From Lepidodermella squamata (taxonomy: Eukaryota; Animalia; Gastrotricha), in contig JBLDXI010000029.1 of the NCBI GenBank assembly GCA_047495785.1, positions 1,240,001 to 1,304,000 on the forward strand: a stretch of 64,000 bases of DNA. Reading direction: 5' to 3'. Shown here piece after piece: positions 1 through 10,545 of the stretch; within the stretch, counting starts at the first letter, position 1, and the number at the start of each line of letters is the position of its first letter. Both the position numbers and the translations under genes were made by a program. The notes beneath the pieces are model-generated. The model was not told the origin of the DNA, searched no databases, and saw nothing but the letters and a program-made list of their open reading frames with translations.

Positions 1-1197
1 CTTCTTCCTGAACATCAGTTCGGTTTCTGGCGCGGAAAATGTGCCACTGACCCCAGTTTTAGGCTCGTCAATGACGTAGCTATCGCCCTGGCCCGGCACT
101 GGAAACTCATCGCAGTAGCTCTCGACTTTAAGAGCGCGTTTGACGTTGTGTGGCACAACGGACTTCTGTATAAATTAATAGAAGCTGGTGTGCCTGAGCC
201 CATCGTCAGATGGGTGGCTGACTTTCTGCGCGGCCGCTGCTTCAAGCTGAAAGTGGAAGGTGAACTCAGTGACGAACACGAAATTCACTGCGGTGTACCT
301 CAAGGGTCACCTCTGAGTCCCTTGTTGTTTATCTTTTTTACTGCCGATATGCAGCCTACAAAGGCTGAACCCGACGACGGTAAGCGTCGAGTTGCAAACG
401 GCACCTATGCAGATGATGCCCTCAACTGGGCGTACGGCAAATCGCTTTTAGACTGCTCGCGTCGACTGCAGCTTCAGCTGGACAACACTGTCAAATGGTG
501 CGCCCGCTGGCGCCTAATACTGCACCCGGAAAAATGCGAAACAATGATTTTTGGTTTTTATAATTCCTTACCCTCGATTCAACTTAGGTTAGGCCCGCGA
601 AAAATCAAACAGGTTCAGCAACTGAAGTACCTCGGTCTTCACCTCAACCCGCGACTCAGCTGGGACACCCAGTTGTCGGCAATTTCATCCAAAACCAGGC
701 CGAGAGCCGGCATGTTACGCGGTATTATGGCTCGAAAAGTCTTGCCAACCAAGCTCGGCATTATGTTTCACAATGCGCTATCCCAAAGCATCATGACATA
801 CAGCTCACCAGCATGGGCTTGCTTACCTAGGTCGTCTCGAAACCGCTTATTCGAGATGCAAGCCAATAGCCTTCGTGCGGCACTAGACTTACCATACGAC
901 GCGGACTCGTTCGGAGTACTTTACCTGTCGGGTGTCAAGTCTATCGAAGACGTCTTCCACGACCGGCTCGTGAGCTACGGCGAAAGATGTCTCCGTTCAG
1001 GTGGTGTGATGGCTGAATACCTAAAATACGTCTGGCAATTGAGCTTTGACGACTTCGGCCGGAACATCATGCAACAGCATTCGCCGGCTTGGAACATTCG
1101 CCACTTAGCCGACTCAAACATCACATCTTGCGAAACTAGCCCGCGCGGCTGGTTAGAATTTACGAACGACGAGGTTGGCGATATCACCCTAACTTAA
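1..1197 (+). mobile_element. Non-LTR retrotransposon (jockey/I-like) reverse transcriptase ORF2, 3' part; runs in from the window edge
   Basis: LDFKSAFDVVWH, GVPQGSPLSPLLF, TYADD, KYLGLHL motifs in ORF 148..1197; the reading frame continues upstream of 148. Confidence 0.92.
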
Positions 1198-1898
1198 TCT
1201 GTTTTTTTCATTTGTACACAGGGGAGCAAAGCAACAACCGTAAGCCCTTTTTTACATGACGTGCGTGTCTGTCTCTTTTCCAGGCCTAGGAAAACCTTCG
1301 GAATTCTTGGAGTCTGAGCCTTGAGAGCCTTGAGCCTTTGAGCCTTGTGAACCTTGTGGGATTGTTGACCTTGGGAACGTGAGCTTTCAAAATTGATAAA
1401 GTATTAATTGCGAGCCTGTTGTAGAAAAGCCTTGGTCGCCCTTGGAAACCTGTTCGTACGTCAAAGAAACCGAAATTTCTGGCAATAAAAACAATCAATC
1501 GAAACAACATACGAGTTATAGCGGCAAAACCGGAAAAATTTTATATTTCTTCGTCAAAAAATTCCAAAAACGAACGATAAAAAAAAAATATTTAAATATC
1601 AAAATTGTGATGATCAATAATGTAACTTGTAACTCTGACTCATGGACCGAGAGCACCTTCGGGTGGAAGGTCGATAAACAATAAATCTAAAAATTTTGCC
1701 AAGTGCAAAGAGGTAATCGATGCTTTCCTATAAAATAAAATATTCTTCCAGCTCCTGAGCTCACATGCTATGCTTTTTAGATATTTTTTGTTGAACAAAT
1801 TAATTCAAAAATTCAACATATTTACTAAAGCGGAACTAGCTAGAATCGTACGAATAAATTTGGTTGCGAAAAATGTTGACCTTCGAGATCAAGGCCTA

Positions 1899-1906
1899 TA
1901 TATAAA
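1899..1906 (+). promoter_or_regulatory. TATA box of peptide-collagen minigene copy 1
   Basis: TATATAAA ~80 nt upstream of ATG 1980; a TATATAA motif lies at the equivalent place upstream of all five copies (~9387, ~15580, ~23598, ~37221 on -). Confidence 0.6.
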
Positions 1907-1979
1907 CCCCGCGCAAAACGATGCATTCAACGTTCTACGGTTTCCTGATATTTTATTTTGTTTTTACCTCAACAAAAAC

Positions 1980-2330
1980 ATGCAACACCTAACGTTTTAT
2001 TGCCTTCTCGTTTCCGCGCTGTTGTTTGTCGATCACCAGGTTGCAGGTAGGCATTTGTTTGTGAAATTCACTATAAAACTAAATATTTATGTTGCAGGAC
2101 AAGTTCAGACGAGCGATCTGATATTTCAAGTGGTTGAGCTGCAAAGATATGGCCGCAGACAGATCGTTGAACTGTCTTTTGAACAACTCCAGAAAGCCAT
2201 ACTTGCTAACCATGTGTGCCCACCAGGAGAGAAGGGAGATCAAGGAGAAAAAGGAAGACAAGGAGAGCAGGGACAGCAGGGACCGCCTGGTTGGAAAGGC
2301 AATAAAGGCGATAAAGGCGATAGGTATTAG
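1980..2330 (+). CDS. Secreted peptide-collagen minigene copy 1 (exons 1980-2046, 2098-2330; 99 aa)
   Basis: Signal peptide MQHLTFYCLLVSALLFVDHQVAG, 51-nt phase-1 GT..AG intron, then [42 protein letters not shown] and 11 Gly-X-Y triplets; the same exon structure occurs in four paralogues. Confidence 0.85.
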   Translation: MQHLTFYCLLVSALLFVDHQVAGRHLFVKFTIKLNIYVAGQVQTSDLIFQVVELQRYGRRQIVELSFEQLQKAILANHVCPPGEKGDQGEKGRQGEQGQQGPPGWKGNKGDKGDRY

Positions 2331-2506
2331 CGAAGCAAAAGTGAACGAGACAATGACAAATTGCTTGAAAACGTGCTGCATGATGGTAGTTCGGCGATTC
2401 TAAAAATCCTGAAAACTTCTGAGTGAGGGTTCGCCATACTTTCCCCAACAGTGCATTTTGTTCACAAAATGCATCTACTATAAACCTCCTATTTTCTCAA
2501 TATATA

Positions 2507-3260
2507 TGTCGTATATAATGTCGATTTTTATGTAATGTTAACTTTACATAGACCCAGCCTATGTAATGTCGACTTTAAACGTGTAAAGTCGACATTAGAT
2601 ATTTAGAGTTAACTACCAATCGGTGAAATTCACTGTCAAGGAGGGTGCTAAAGTGCTTTTCACGTACAACTGGATTCTAGTTTACCAAGACCACTATTCC
2701 AAGACCACGGTTGGCGACACCGTTTCGCTGCTTGTCGACAAGGTCGACCGTGGACCGGGTGATCTGCCCTGCCTGGTGTGTGTTTGCTTGGAAGTTTTCG
2801 AAGACGGCAGCGTAAGTCTCGGTACTAGACAGGGACGTTTGGAGGGTCGCTACTTTTCAAACTGCTATAAAATTGCCGGCGCCAAGGTGATTTCCGTCGA
2901 CGACGTGCCCGACTTATTGATCAAGTCCTTGCGCACTGCCAATGGAAACGCCTCCTTATTTGGTGCGCAGGGGCACCTTCATTGCAAATTGCAAGTGCCG
3001 GAAAAGCGGCGTCAAATGCAACAGCAGATGCCACCCCGGATCATCGAAATGTACTAACCACGATTAACTACTTTTTGCCTCTTTACCACTGATAAACCTT
3101 AATAAAATAGGTGTTGTTCGGTTATTGGCTCACTTTACATATCTAAAGTTAACATTACATGGTTTAAATTTATCTAATGTGAACATTACATATCTAGAGT
3201 CGACATTACATAGGCATCACTATATAAAGTTAACATTACATAAAAGTCGACATTATATAC

Positions 3261-3264
<4 letters not shown>
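2507..3264 (+). mobile_element. Non-autonomous Ginger-like DNA transposon inserted in a TA microsatellite
   Basis: ~40-bp TIRs TGTCGTATATAATGTCGA...TCGACATTATATACGACA flanked by (TA)n; internal ORF 2623..3057 (VGDTV..VDRGPGD..GTRQGRL) plus a frameshifted CKCRK..CNSRCH..CTN tail resembles the C-terminus of KRBA2/SCAND3-type integrase-like transposases. Confidence 0.75.

Positions 3265-3293
<29 letters not shown>
3265..3293. repeat. (TA)n microsatellite
   Basis: Pure TA run. Confidence 0.95.
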
Positions 3294-3297
<4 letters not shown>

Positions 3298-3753
3298 CCC
3301 CGCCTTTTGCTACGCCATCATTTATTCCGAGCATCTCTAACAGCGTATGGTTCGTCACCTTAACAGCGCCACTCCCGTCTCTTGTCTCTTCTGAGCGCTC
3401 TTGTAATCCCGCGGTGTGGGGTAACTTGGCTGTAAGAAGCAAATGTGTGATTATGAGTTGAGTAAAATAAAACGCACTGAAAAGTAATAAACATTGAGGT
3501 TCTTGTGCCCGCTATGAGCGGCGTACTGTCCCAGATCCCAGACAAAAAGAACTGGTGCTGTGAGTACTTCGTGTTTTACCTGCGAATTCTGATGCTCTCA
3601 TTGTTTAAAGTTGTGTCATTTACTTCCTACGCTTTTACTGGAGAACAGCATTGCTTGCTTCGTTTACGTTATCTGCAAGGACCCCAGAATCCGGTCTAAA
3701 AACAAGAAAATTACCACCCGCCACTTTGATGACAGCTACTGTGGTTGTATGCA

Positions 3754-4960
3754 CAGGGCCGGATTAACCCTCCGGCGGCCCCTGGGCCCTTGACGTTTGG
3801 CGGCACAATTTTTCGTAAATTTCTAAAAAAAGACGAAACAATTTTTGAAGCGTACGGTTTGATGGTATAGCGAAATCATTAGATTATAACTTATTTAATA
3901 TACCAGACGTCACCTCCGACATGTTTCGGCTTTATTAGGCCATCTTCAGGGTCTAACAACAAATGTGTATTCTCAATATACTGTTCCAATGCAAGCGTTA
4001 AGGCAAGTATTACCTGCTTTCGTCACTAATCATGAATCAGCAGGAAAAAAAAGTGTTATCAGTCGTATCAGGAACTAACATAATCTATTTCAACAAAAGT
4101 ATAATTTAAAAAACGAGAAACATATACAAGTTGAGATACGATTCAGTTAGTGCAATATTTATTAAGGCTAGGGTTGTGAGCTTGTATGAAGAGTTTTTCA
4201 GTTCTGAGTATATAGTCTAAACTGTACTTTACACGAGTGAAGAATCCGAGAAACAATTTTTATTTTGAATTTGACAATAATCGGAGATCGGAGGTTAGAA
4301 AGACGTTTAGAAACGCTTCTGTCGAAATTTTCTGTCGACGAAAATTTCAATAATACGCTCAAAATCAATGACTTTAAGATGTCGGATTCCAAGGCCAGAA
4401 TCATTAGATTGTTCAACTTGTCCTGGCCCATCGATGATCTGGAATCGCCCTTAATTAAGGCCAATTTAGAGAAGCTGCGTCCACCGCTACAAACAGTTGT
4501 AAACAGCGACAAATTGTAGATGCGTAAAGCGATCTCGATATTTGGGAAAAAGCAGTTTTTTCGTGTGAATTATCTTCAAAAGGCTGATAGCGGACAAGTC
4601 TTGCTCTCCAGTTACGAAACATATAAATTGGATAAGTTCGTTGGGAAATGATGGTTCGATATCCGAGGCGTATTTGTTCGCGAAATTCTGAAGTTCTGCT
4701 TGGAAACCGGAGGAAGCGGATATTTCGGCGTAAGCTGACCTCCGACATCAGCTTCCAGATTGAAACAAATGACTTCGAAATTTTCTGATCTAAACAACTC
4801 CCGCGGATCGTTGCGAATCCCGGAGACTGTAGGCCTGCCGCGCCTTTTCTGATAGTCCTGATCAATTGTAATATCTCTGGCTTCGCATTCGATTGCTTTG
4901 AATTCTTCTTTGAGACACCTGTTCAAGGGATTCAAGCACTCCTCCGATTTTGTTTCGTGA
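3754..4960 (-). mobile_element. Decayed hAT transposon 3' end (dimerisation domain remnant)
   Basis: Terminus CAGGGCCGGATTAA at 3754; minus-strand RSFSKLALIKGDSRSSMGQDKLNNLMIL matches the hAT C-terminal dimerisation motif; frameshifted. The inner boundary is approximate. Confidence 0.75.
3912..3953 (-). ncRNA. Minimal type I hammerhead ribozyme motif (Penelope-like element remnant)
   Basis: Minus strand reads ACC-CTGAAGA-TGGC-CTAATAAA-GCC-GAAAC-ATGTC-GG: CUGAnGA/GAAA core, GGC/GCC stem II, palindromic ACATGT stem III, GUC site. Confidence 0.6.
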
Positions 4961-6080
4961 CTTGAAATTGTCTGTCACTGAAAAGAAAAAGTGTACGCGA
5001 ATTTGGAAAAAATTGTGATTTTTTCGATTTTTTTTCGCTTAGCAGTGGTTTCCATTGGTTCGAAGTTCGCAAAATTCGCGAAACTTATTAAAAATCGCTG
5101 ATGTAACTTCCTAAAGCTTAAGTTTTAAATCGCCGATGCTTTTCCAGGGGAGTATGTATCAGTGTATTTTTGAAGTACGGCTTTGGTGTGTAAATTAGGC
5201 ACTATTGATATGTAAATTTGAGCCATTTGGGGGGGGGGGGGGGGGAGGGGTCGTGATTAACAGCGAAAATTTCCAAAATGTTGGTATGCAAACTTGCCCA
5301 CTTCGATGTGTAAAATTTACACACTACACATTTTAAAAAACACTGTAAGTATATTGATAATAACGGGAAAACTAAAAATAAAATAACGAATCAGAATGCG
5401 AGCGAAACAAGCCGATTTTTTGGCGATTCGCCCCCGTTCCAACTGCCTTCCGGACAGGCTAGTAGTAGTGAGCTTGATCAAAGCTAAATTCTCAAAAGAT
5501 ACCAAAAACAGCAACAAGGCGAGGAAAGGAAAATCACCGGTATGAATGCGAAAATTGTTTGTGTAGTTTGTGTAGCAGTAAAACTCGTGATACAGGCATA
5601 ATTTGTTTTCAAAAAACAATCTGTGGAAAATTGCGCGCGGTGTGTCGGAAATCCGTAGAGTTTTTTCGACTTACCAACCCTATCCTGGCTGGGGTAAGGA
5701 TTGCACCGGAAAACTTATTCAACTCGTGAAATCTCGTTTCATTCGTTTTACTCGATTTATATTTCGTGCTACTCAAAAATATAGACTCCTACTCATACTT
5801 AATCATACAAATATTAAATAAGATATTAAATATCAAATTTCACGGTATAACATCTGATTGGCAGGAATATTTATTTGAGGTGTCGACTTCATTTGGTCAG
5901 AATGAATTTGGTCAAACATGAATTTAACTAATTTGACTTTTTGGGCTGGATATTGATAGTGAGGTTACTCGAGACCCAAGTTTATCCCGCAGGCAGAAGT
6001 GCGGGAAACGCTTTTTGTTGGTGCGGGTTGAATGAGGGTTGTCTCGTACTAGTACGAGAAGATGGTGTATATAAGTTTAA

Positions 6081-6158
6081 GTTCTGTCAATTCGCTTTGT
6101 ATCCAGTATTTGCTGGTTAAAATGTGATACTTCCCACCACCTGAACGCAGACAGCAGT
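6081..6158 (-). pseudogene. Relic of the last exon/3'UTR of an NPC2-like paralogue
   Basis: Gap-free alignment to 62121-62198; translates TAVCVQVVGSITF* versus TAVCVQVVGSITV*. Confidence 0.75.
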
Positions 6159-6159
6159 C

Positions 6160-6703
6160 TTTGGCCATGCTATTTTTGATTACGTAACGTTACGTAACCA
6201 TGTTTTTTATGGTATTTTCAAGCGCTCCAATTATTCAGCACGAGCCAGGGAAGAAAGCTGAATAAAAAGACAGCTCTGTAAACATTTAAAAGGGCCTAAC
6301 ATTAAATTAATAACAATCATTTTCCTTGATCATTCTTTAGTGCAGTTCTACCTCTTCAACGTAGATTTATGAACGGAACACGAAATCGTCTGTTATCCGT
6401 CCGTGACAGTCAGATTTCTCCAGCAGCTCGATGCGCACTATACAATTTTAAAATTTGTCGGTCCCGGGTGTAGCAAGTAAAAAAGATGAGGTCTTGAAAA
6501 TGCGCCTGATTTCATGGCTAATGAGTAAAGCTGCGTGATGGCAGGGGAGTGTATCATGCGCTGTAGAACGGAAATTCTCAAGGGAGGATAGCGCAGACGT
6601 TCAGAGGAAATAACAAAAACGTAGCGGTCGGAATGGCGAACGTATTTAAAGCGGGCATCTCACAAACTTGATCACTTTCCGAAATTCTCATTCACATCCT
6701 AGA
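6160..6703 (+). promoter_or_regulatory. Shared GPCR upstream/promoter block
   Basis: Homologous to ~39600-40054 and to ~57820-58975 (with insertions); TATTTAAA at 6643-6650 and 58901-58908. Confidence 0.55.
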
Positions 6704-9034
6704 ATGATTTATTCGTTAACATCTTCGATACTCCTTATCACTTTGGTAATGGATAAGGCAGAATCTAGAAAGCCGTACCGCTTGCGAACACTATACCACC
6801 TCCCATTGTCTGGAGATAACAGGATTAACTGTCGATGGGCCTTCCAAACCGCTTACGATTTCGCGAACAACCGCTCCGATATTCTGCCCGATTATCACCT
6901 CGAATTCGAGCATCGCGACGAAGGACCTCAAAGCATGCTGGCAACTTCGACAAGCATTAATTTCATGCGGTCGATGTTGGACTCGACAGAGCCTGGGCTG
7001 TACCCAGCCCCAGTCACAATCGGCGTGTCGCAAACTCCAGGCTGCAAGAGTTGGGGAAGTGTTGCGTCCCATATGAACATGATAATGATAACTTCGGTTT
7101 GCCTCTCACCTAGTCAGGCTAACCGAAGAGATCTATATCCTAACCTATGGCGTATCAGAGCTTCGTCTCAACTAACAATAATGGCTCGACTGAGCTTTAT
7201 CAAACAATTTACCCCTTGGAAGAAAATTGCTGTCGTATTCCCGGTCTCTGGGAGCTCTTTCGGATGGGAGGCAGCTAGTTTCACAGTATCGATGAATAAC
7301 CAATTCGGCCTAGGGGTTCAGACGATAGAAGCGAGTTCCGACTTCAATGATGATTTCATGCAGTTGTTCATCAAAAAGGGCATCCGAATTTTTGCATTTG
7401 AAAATATCGACTCAGTCATTTCAATTGCTTTCCTGTGTCAGGCCTACAAAAACGGGATAAGGGGAGAGAAATTCATGTTCTTGACATTTGTCACTGCTTA
7501 TGTTGATCCCAACGTTGTTCAAAGCAATCAGTTCCCGAAGAATTGTAACATATCGATTTACAAGGAGCAAGTTGAACGAGTGTTGTATTTTGGGGCCATT
7601 TCTCAACTGCCTATTGGCAATGACGGGATAAGCAAGGACTATCTAGGAAACACCATGCCTGAGTTTGACACTTATCTCAAGTCAAACTATCCAGTCGACA
7701 TGAAAATGGCCGATTATTCACAGCGATACTCCTGCTACGATGCCGCTTTGCATTCTGTCGTCACGTTGACTGAGGCAGAGAAGCTTTTAAACCGCCGGAA
7801 CTCGACACTCAGGAAATTCAAGGAGGACCCGCGAAATGTGATGCTCGCTGTCAATCAAAGTATCGGAAGTATAAGGTTCAGGAATCAACAACACGGCTTC
7901 TTTCATTACTCGGCGCGAATGGAGATGGACTATGAAGCTCAGTTGGTCGCAACCTGGTCCCAGCAGACCGGAATTCGGGCGAGGTATGCCATATCTTTGG
8001 ATGAAAATTCCACAACGAGTAACGACACTTCGCTATTCAAAATACAGGTGATAGCACCTTTTGCACCGAATTTTCTGCCTAAAGATGCTGCGTTCGAAGA
8101 GCAAGTCGATGCCGGAGTTCCATTTTCAGCTTTCGGATTCCTCACAACAACAGCATGCTTGATCTTAGTTGGCCAAATTGGCGGCATTTCCTACATCATT
8201 TCCCGGGATAAGACGAATCTATCGAGAAAAATTGATGACTTTCTTGTAATGCTGAGCTTTGTGCTCCTGGCAGGAGGTTCCATACTTCTCACATTCCCGA
8301 CCAGTATGCGAAACACAGCTGTATGCGAGGCAAGCATATTCATCGTAGTTTTAGGCCTATCACTTCTCTACAGCTATATGGTATGCCGTTTGAGGTCTGC
8401 TTCCATAGTCTTGCGGCATGATGAGTCCCGCAAACGTCGTGCCCCCGATCCCGTAAAGGAAGAGGCTTCATTCGGAATCAGAGTACTCCTTTTCGTGCTT
8501 CTAAATTCAGTCATAGTCGTTTCTTGGTTAACGTCAGATCCTTACCGCGCAGTGATTGCCAAACCGGAAAATTCCAGGTCCTACATTGCTGAAATCGACA
8601 CCTACGTTGAATCTTATTCTATCACATGCTCGTCAAATTTCTCAGGCGAATGGTCGGCATCTCTTCTAGCATTGAATCTTGCCCTTCTTGGGCTAGGTGC
8701 AATTAACGTCGTGACACTCAAGGGGAATCGATACTTGCCGCATTTTCCGTTCGTGAAACGTTTAGCTGTAGCTATTGCTTTCTCTTCAACTTTATTTCTT
8801 GCCCTGACAGCTGTAGTCTTCATGCTGAATTCAGCTGCTGATCAAAATATTGCAGTCGCCGTGGGATTGCAGATTCAGACGAGTTTAGTCGCTATTTTGC
8901 TGTACGTCGAAGTTGGGAATGGAGCAGATGCCGCAGGCGATGTAACGCCACGACTACCGTCGACTCCAATGCTGATGAGCAAATTCGACGCAGGAAGGCG
9001 AAAGCCTGCCCATATCAAAGTTTATGTCTCGTGA
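6704..9034 (+). CDS. Class C GPCR, GABA-B-receptor-like, paralogue 1 (intronless, 776 aa)
   Basis: Signal peptide; Venus-flytrap motifs NNRSDILPDYHLE, RRDLYPNLWRI, CYDA; no cysteine-rich domain; seven hydrophobic segments with TM3 Cys, TM4 W..DP and ECL2 CSS. ATG chosen from the CCTAGAATG context shared by all four paralogues. Confidence 0.9.
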   Translation: MIYSLTSSILLITLVMDKAESRKPYRLRTLYHLPLSGDNRINCRWAFQTAYDFANNRSDILPDYHLEFEHRDEGPQSMLATSTSINFMRSMLDSTEPGLYPAPVTIGVSQTPGCKSWGSVASHMNMIMITSVCLSPSQANRRDLYPNLWRIRASSQLTIMARLSFIKQFTPWKKIAVVFPVSGSSFGWEAASFTVSMNNQFGLGVQTIEASSDFNDDFMQLFIKKGIRIFAFENIDSVISIAFLCQAYKNGIRGEKFMFLTFVTAYVDPNVVQSNQFPKNCNISIYKEQVERVLYFGAISQLPIGNDGISKDYLGNTMPEFDTYLKSNYPVDMKMADYSQRYSCYDAALHSVVTLTEAEKLLNRRNSTLRKFKEDPRNVMLAVNQSIGSIRFRNQQHGFFHYSARMEMDYEAQLVATWSQQTGIRARYAISLDENSTTSNDTSLFKIQVIAPFAPNFLPKDAAFEEQVDAGVPFSAFGFLTTTACLILVGQIGGISYIISRDKTNLSRKIDDFLVMLSFVLLAGGSILLTFPTSMRNTAVCEASIFIVVLGLSLLYSYMVCRLRSASIVLRHDESRKRRAPDPVKEEASFGIRVLLFVLLNSVIVVSWLTSDPYRAVIAKPENSRSYIAEIDTYVESYSITCSSNFSGEWSASLLALNLALLGLGAINVVTLKGNRYLPHFPFVKRLAVAIAFSSTLFLALTAVVFMLNSAADQNIAVAVGLQIQTSLVAILLYVEVGNGADAAGDVTPRLPSTPMLMSKFDAGRRKPAHIKVYVS

Positions 9035-9466
9035 AAGGAAAAACACCGGTAGGTACCTATACGAAAATTATTTTCGAAGCATCAAAACATGATACATTCA
9101 TTGATTTTTTCGAAAAACAAGTAGCGTGGAAAAGGTGAATTGTAGAACCACTTTGAACTTTGGCTCGTGCGCTGATTGTCCAGTCGTTCCTTCATGACTG
9201 CAGCATGAAATATTCCGCTTATATTTATAACATTAAATATTTTTCCAGCTCCTGAGCTCACATGGTATGATTTTTAGATATTTTTGCTGAAAACATAATC
9301 AACATAGTTAATAAAGCGGAACCAGCAAGAATCGTATGAATAGATTTCGTTGCGGAAAACGTTGCGACCTTCGAGATCCACGCCCGTATATAAACCCTGC
9401 GCAAAACGATGCATTCAGCGTTGGGCCTTTTCCTGATATTTGATCTTGTTTTACCTCTGCGAAATC

Positions 9467-9893
9467 ATGCAACATCTATCGTTTTATTGCCTTCTTGTTT
9501 CCGCGCTGTTGTTTGTCGATCACCAGGCTGCAGGTAAGCATTTGTTTCCGAAATTTAAGTGATATCACTTAATAAGACTGGACTGCAGGACAAGTTGACA
9601 CGAAGAATCTGATATTTCAAGTTATTAAGCTGCAAAGTTATGGCCGCAGGCAGATCGTTGAAATGTCATTTGATCAACTTCAGAAAGCCATACTTGCTAA
9701 CTATGTATGCCCCCCTGGAGAGCAGGGAGCCGTACGTGCTAACTATACGTGCCTTCGTGGTGAGAAGGGGGATCGAGGGGTGCCTTGACCGCGGGGACAT
9801 ACAGGAATGCTCGGAAGGCCCGGAAGCAGAGGAGCCCCGGGACCGCAAGGTAAGAAAGGCGCGAAAGGTGATCAAGGTGATAGAGGCCAATAA
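9467..9893 (+). pseudogene. Peptide-collagen minigene copy 2 with premature stop (exons 9467-9533, 9589-9893)
   Basis: Same structure as copy 1; in-frame TGA at 9786-9788 where copies 4 and 5 have GGA (Gly); Gly-X-Y continues in frame to TAA 9891-9893. Confidence 0.8.
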
Positions 9894-9944
9894 AGAAGCA
9901 ACAGTGAACGAGACTGTGGCACCTGACATGAAATCATGACGTTA

Positions 9945-10545
9945 TTTCAGCGATTCTAAAATTCATGAAAATGCCTTAGAGATAAATTGTAGTTAATGGT
10001 TCATGATTTCGCCACTTGCACGAATTTATAGCTCAAACGAATAAGCCCCCTTTTTTGGTAACCACCGGCGCCTGCACTCCCATCGACCAGGCCGCACGGC
10101 CATGCTTATTCCTTCTAAGAATCTGAAAAAGGCTCCCATCCTGTGTGTCGAGTATGTCGCTTTCAATCTATCCATCTATCTATTAAATAAAACCACACAA
10201 TTCTCTCTCTCTCGCTCTCTCTCTCTCTCTAATAAAAAACGTCTGCCCTTTATTCACAGTTACTTACCTATAAATAAAATTGTGATGATTCACATTTCAT
10301 AGTTTCTCCCAGTTGCTCAAAAAATGCAAAAAATCCGATAATGGTATTTCAGCGATTCTAAAAGCCATGAAAATGCCTTAGAGCTAAATTGGAGTTGGTG
10401 GTTCATGATTTCGCCACTAGCACGACCGCAAGGCTCTGAAAAAGCTCAAACCTCGCGCGTCGAGTATGTCGCTTTTAATCTATCTAATACGGGAAAATAA
10501 AAAACGTCTGTCTTTTATTTACAGTTTAGTACCGATTAAAAAATG
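9945..10545 (+). repeat. Minigene 3' flank with local partial tandem duplication
   Basis: TATTTCAGCGATTCTAAA..ATGAAAATGCCTTAGAG occurs at ~9945 and ~10345; homologous blocks at ~15860, ~24170 and ~36250-36680 (-). Confidence 0.75.

Noticed and set aside
1770-2330. 186-aa ORF as a single-exon gene
   Set aside because: It reads through the promoter and a 51-nt in-frame intron; paralogues fix the ATG at 1980 and the splice sites
6704-9034. Naming the receptors GABBR1/GABBR2
   Set aside because: Only fold-level similarity; ligand residues, 7TM motifs and the C-terminal coiled coil are not evident
9786-9788. Selenocysteine or programmed readthrough
   Set aside because: The position is a collagen Gly in paralogues and no SECIS is evident; a point mutation is simpler
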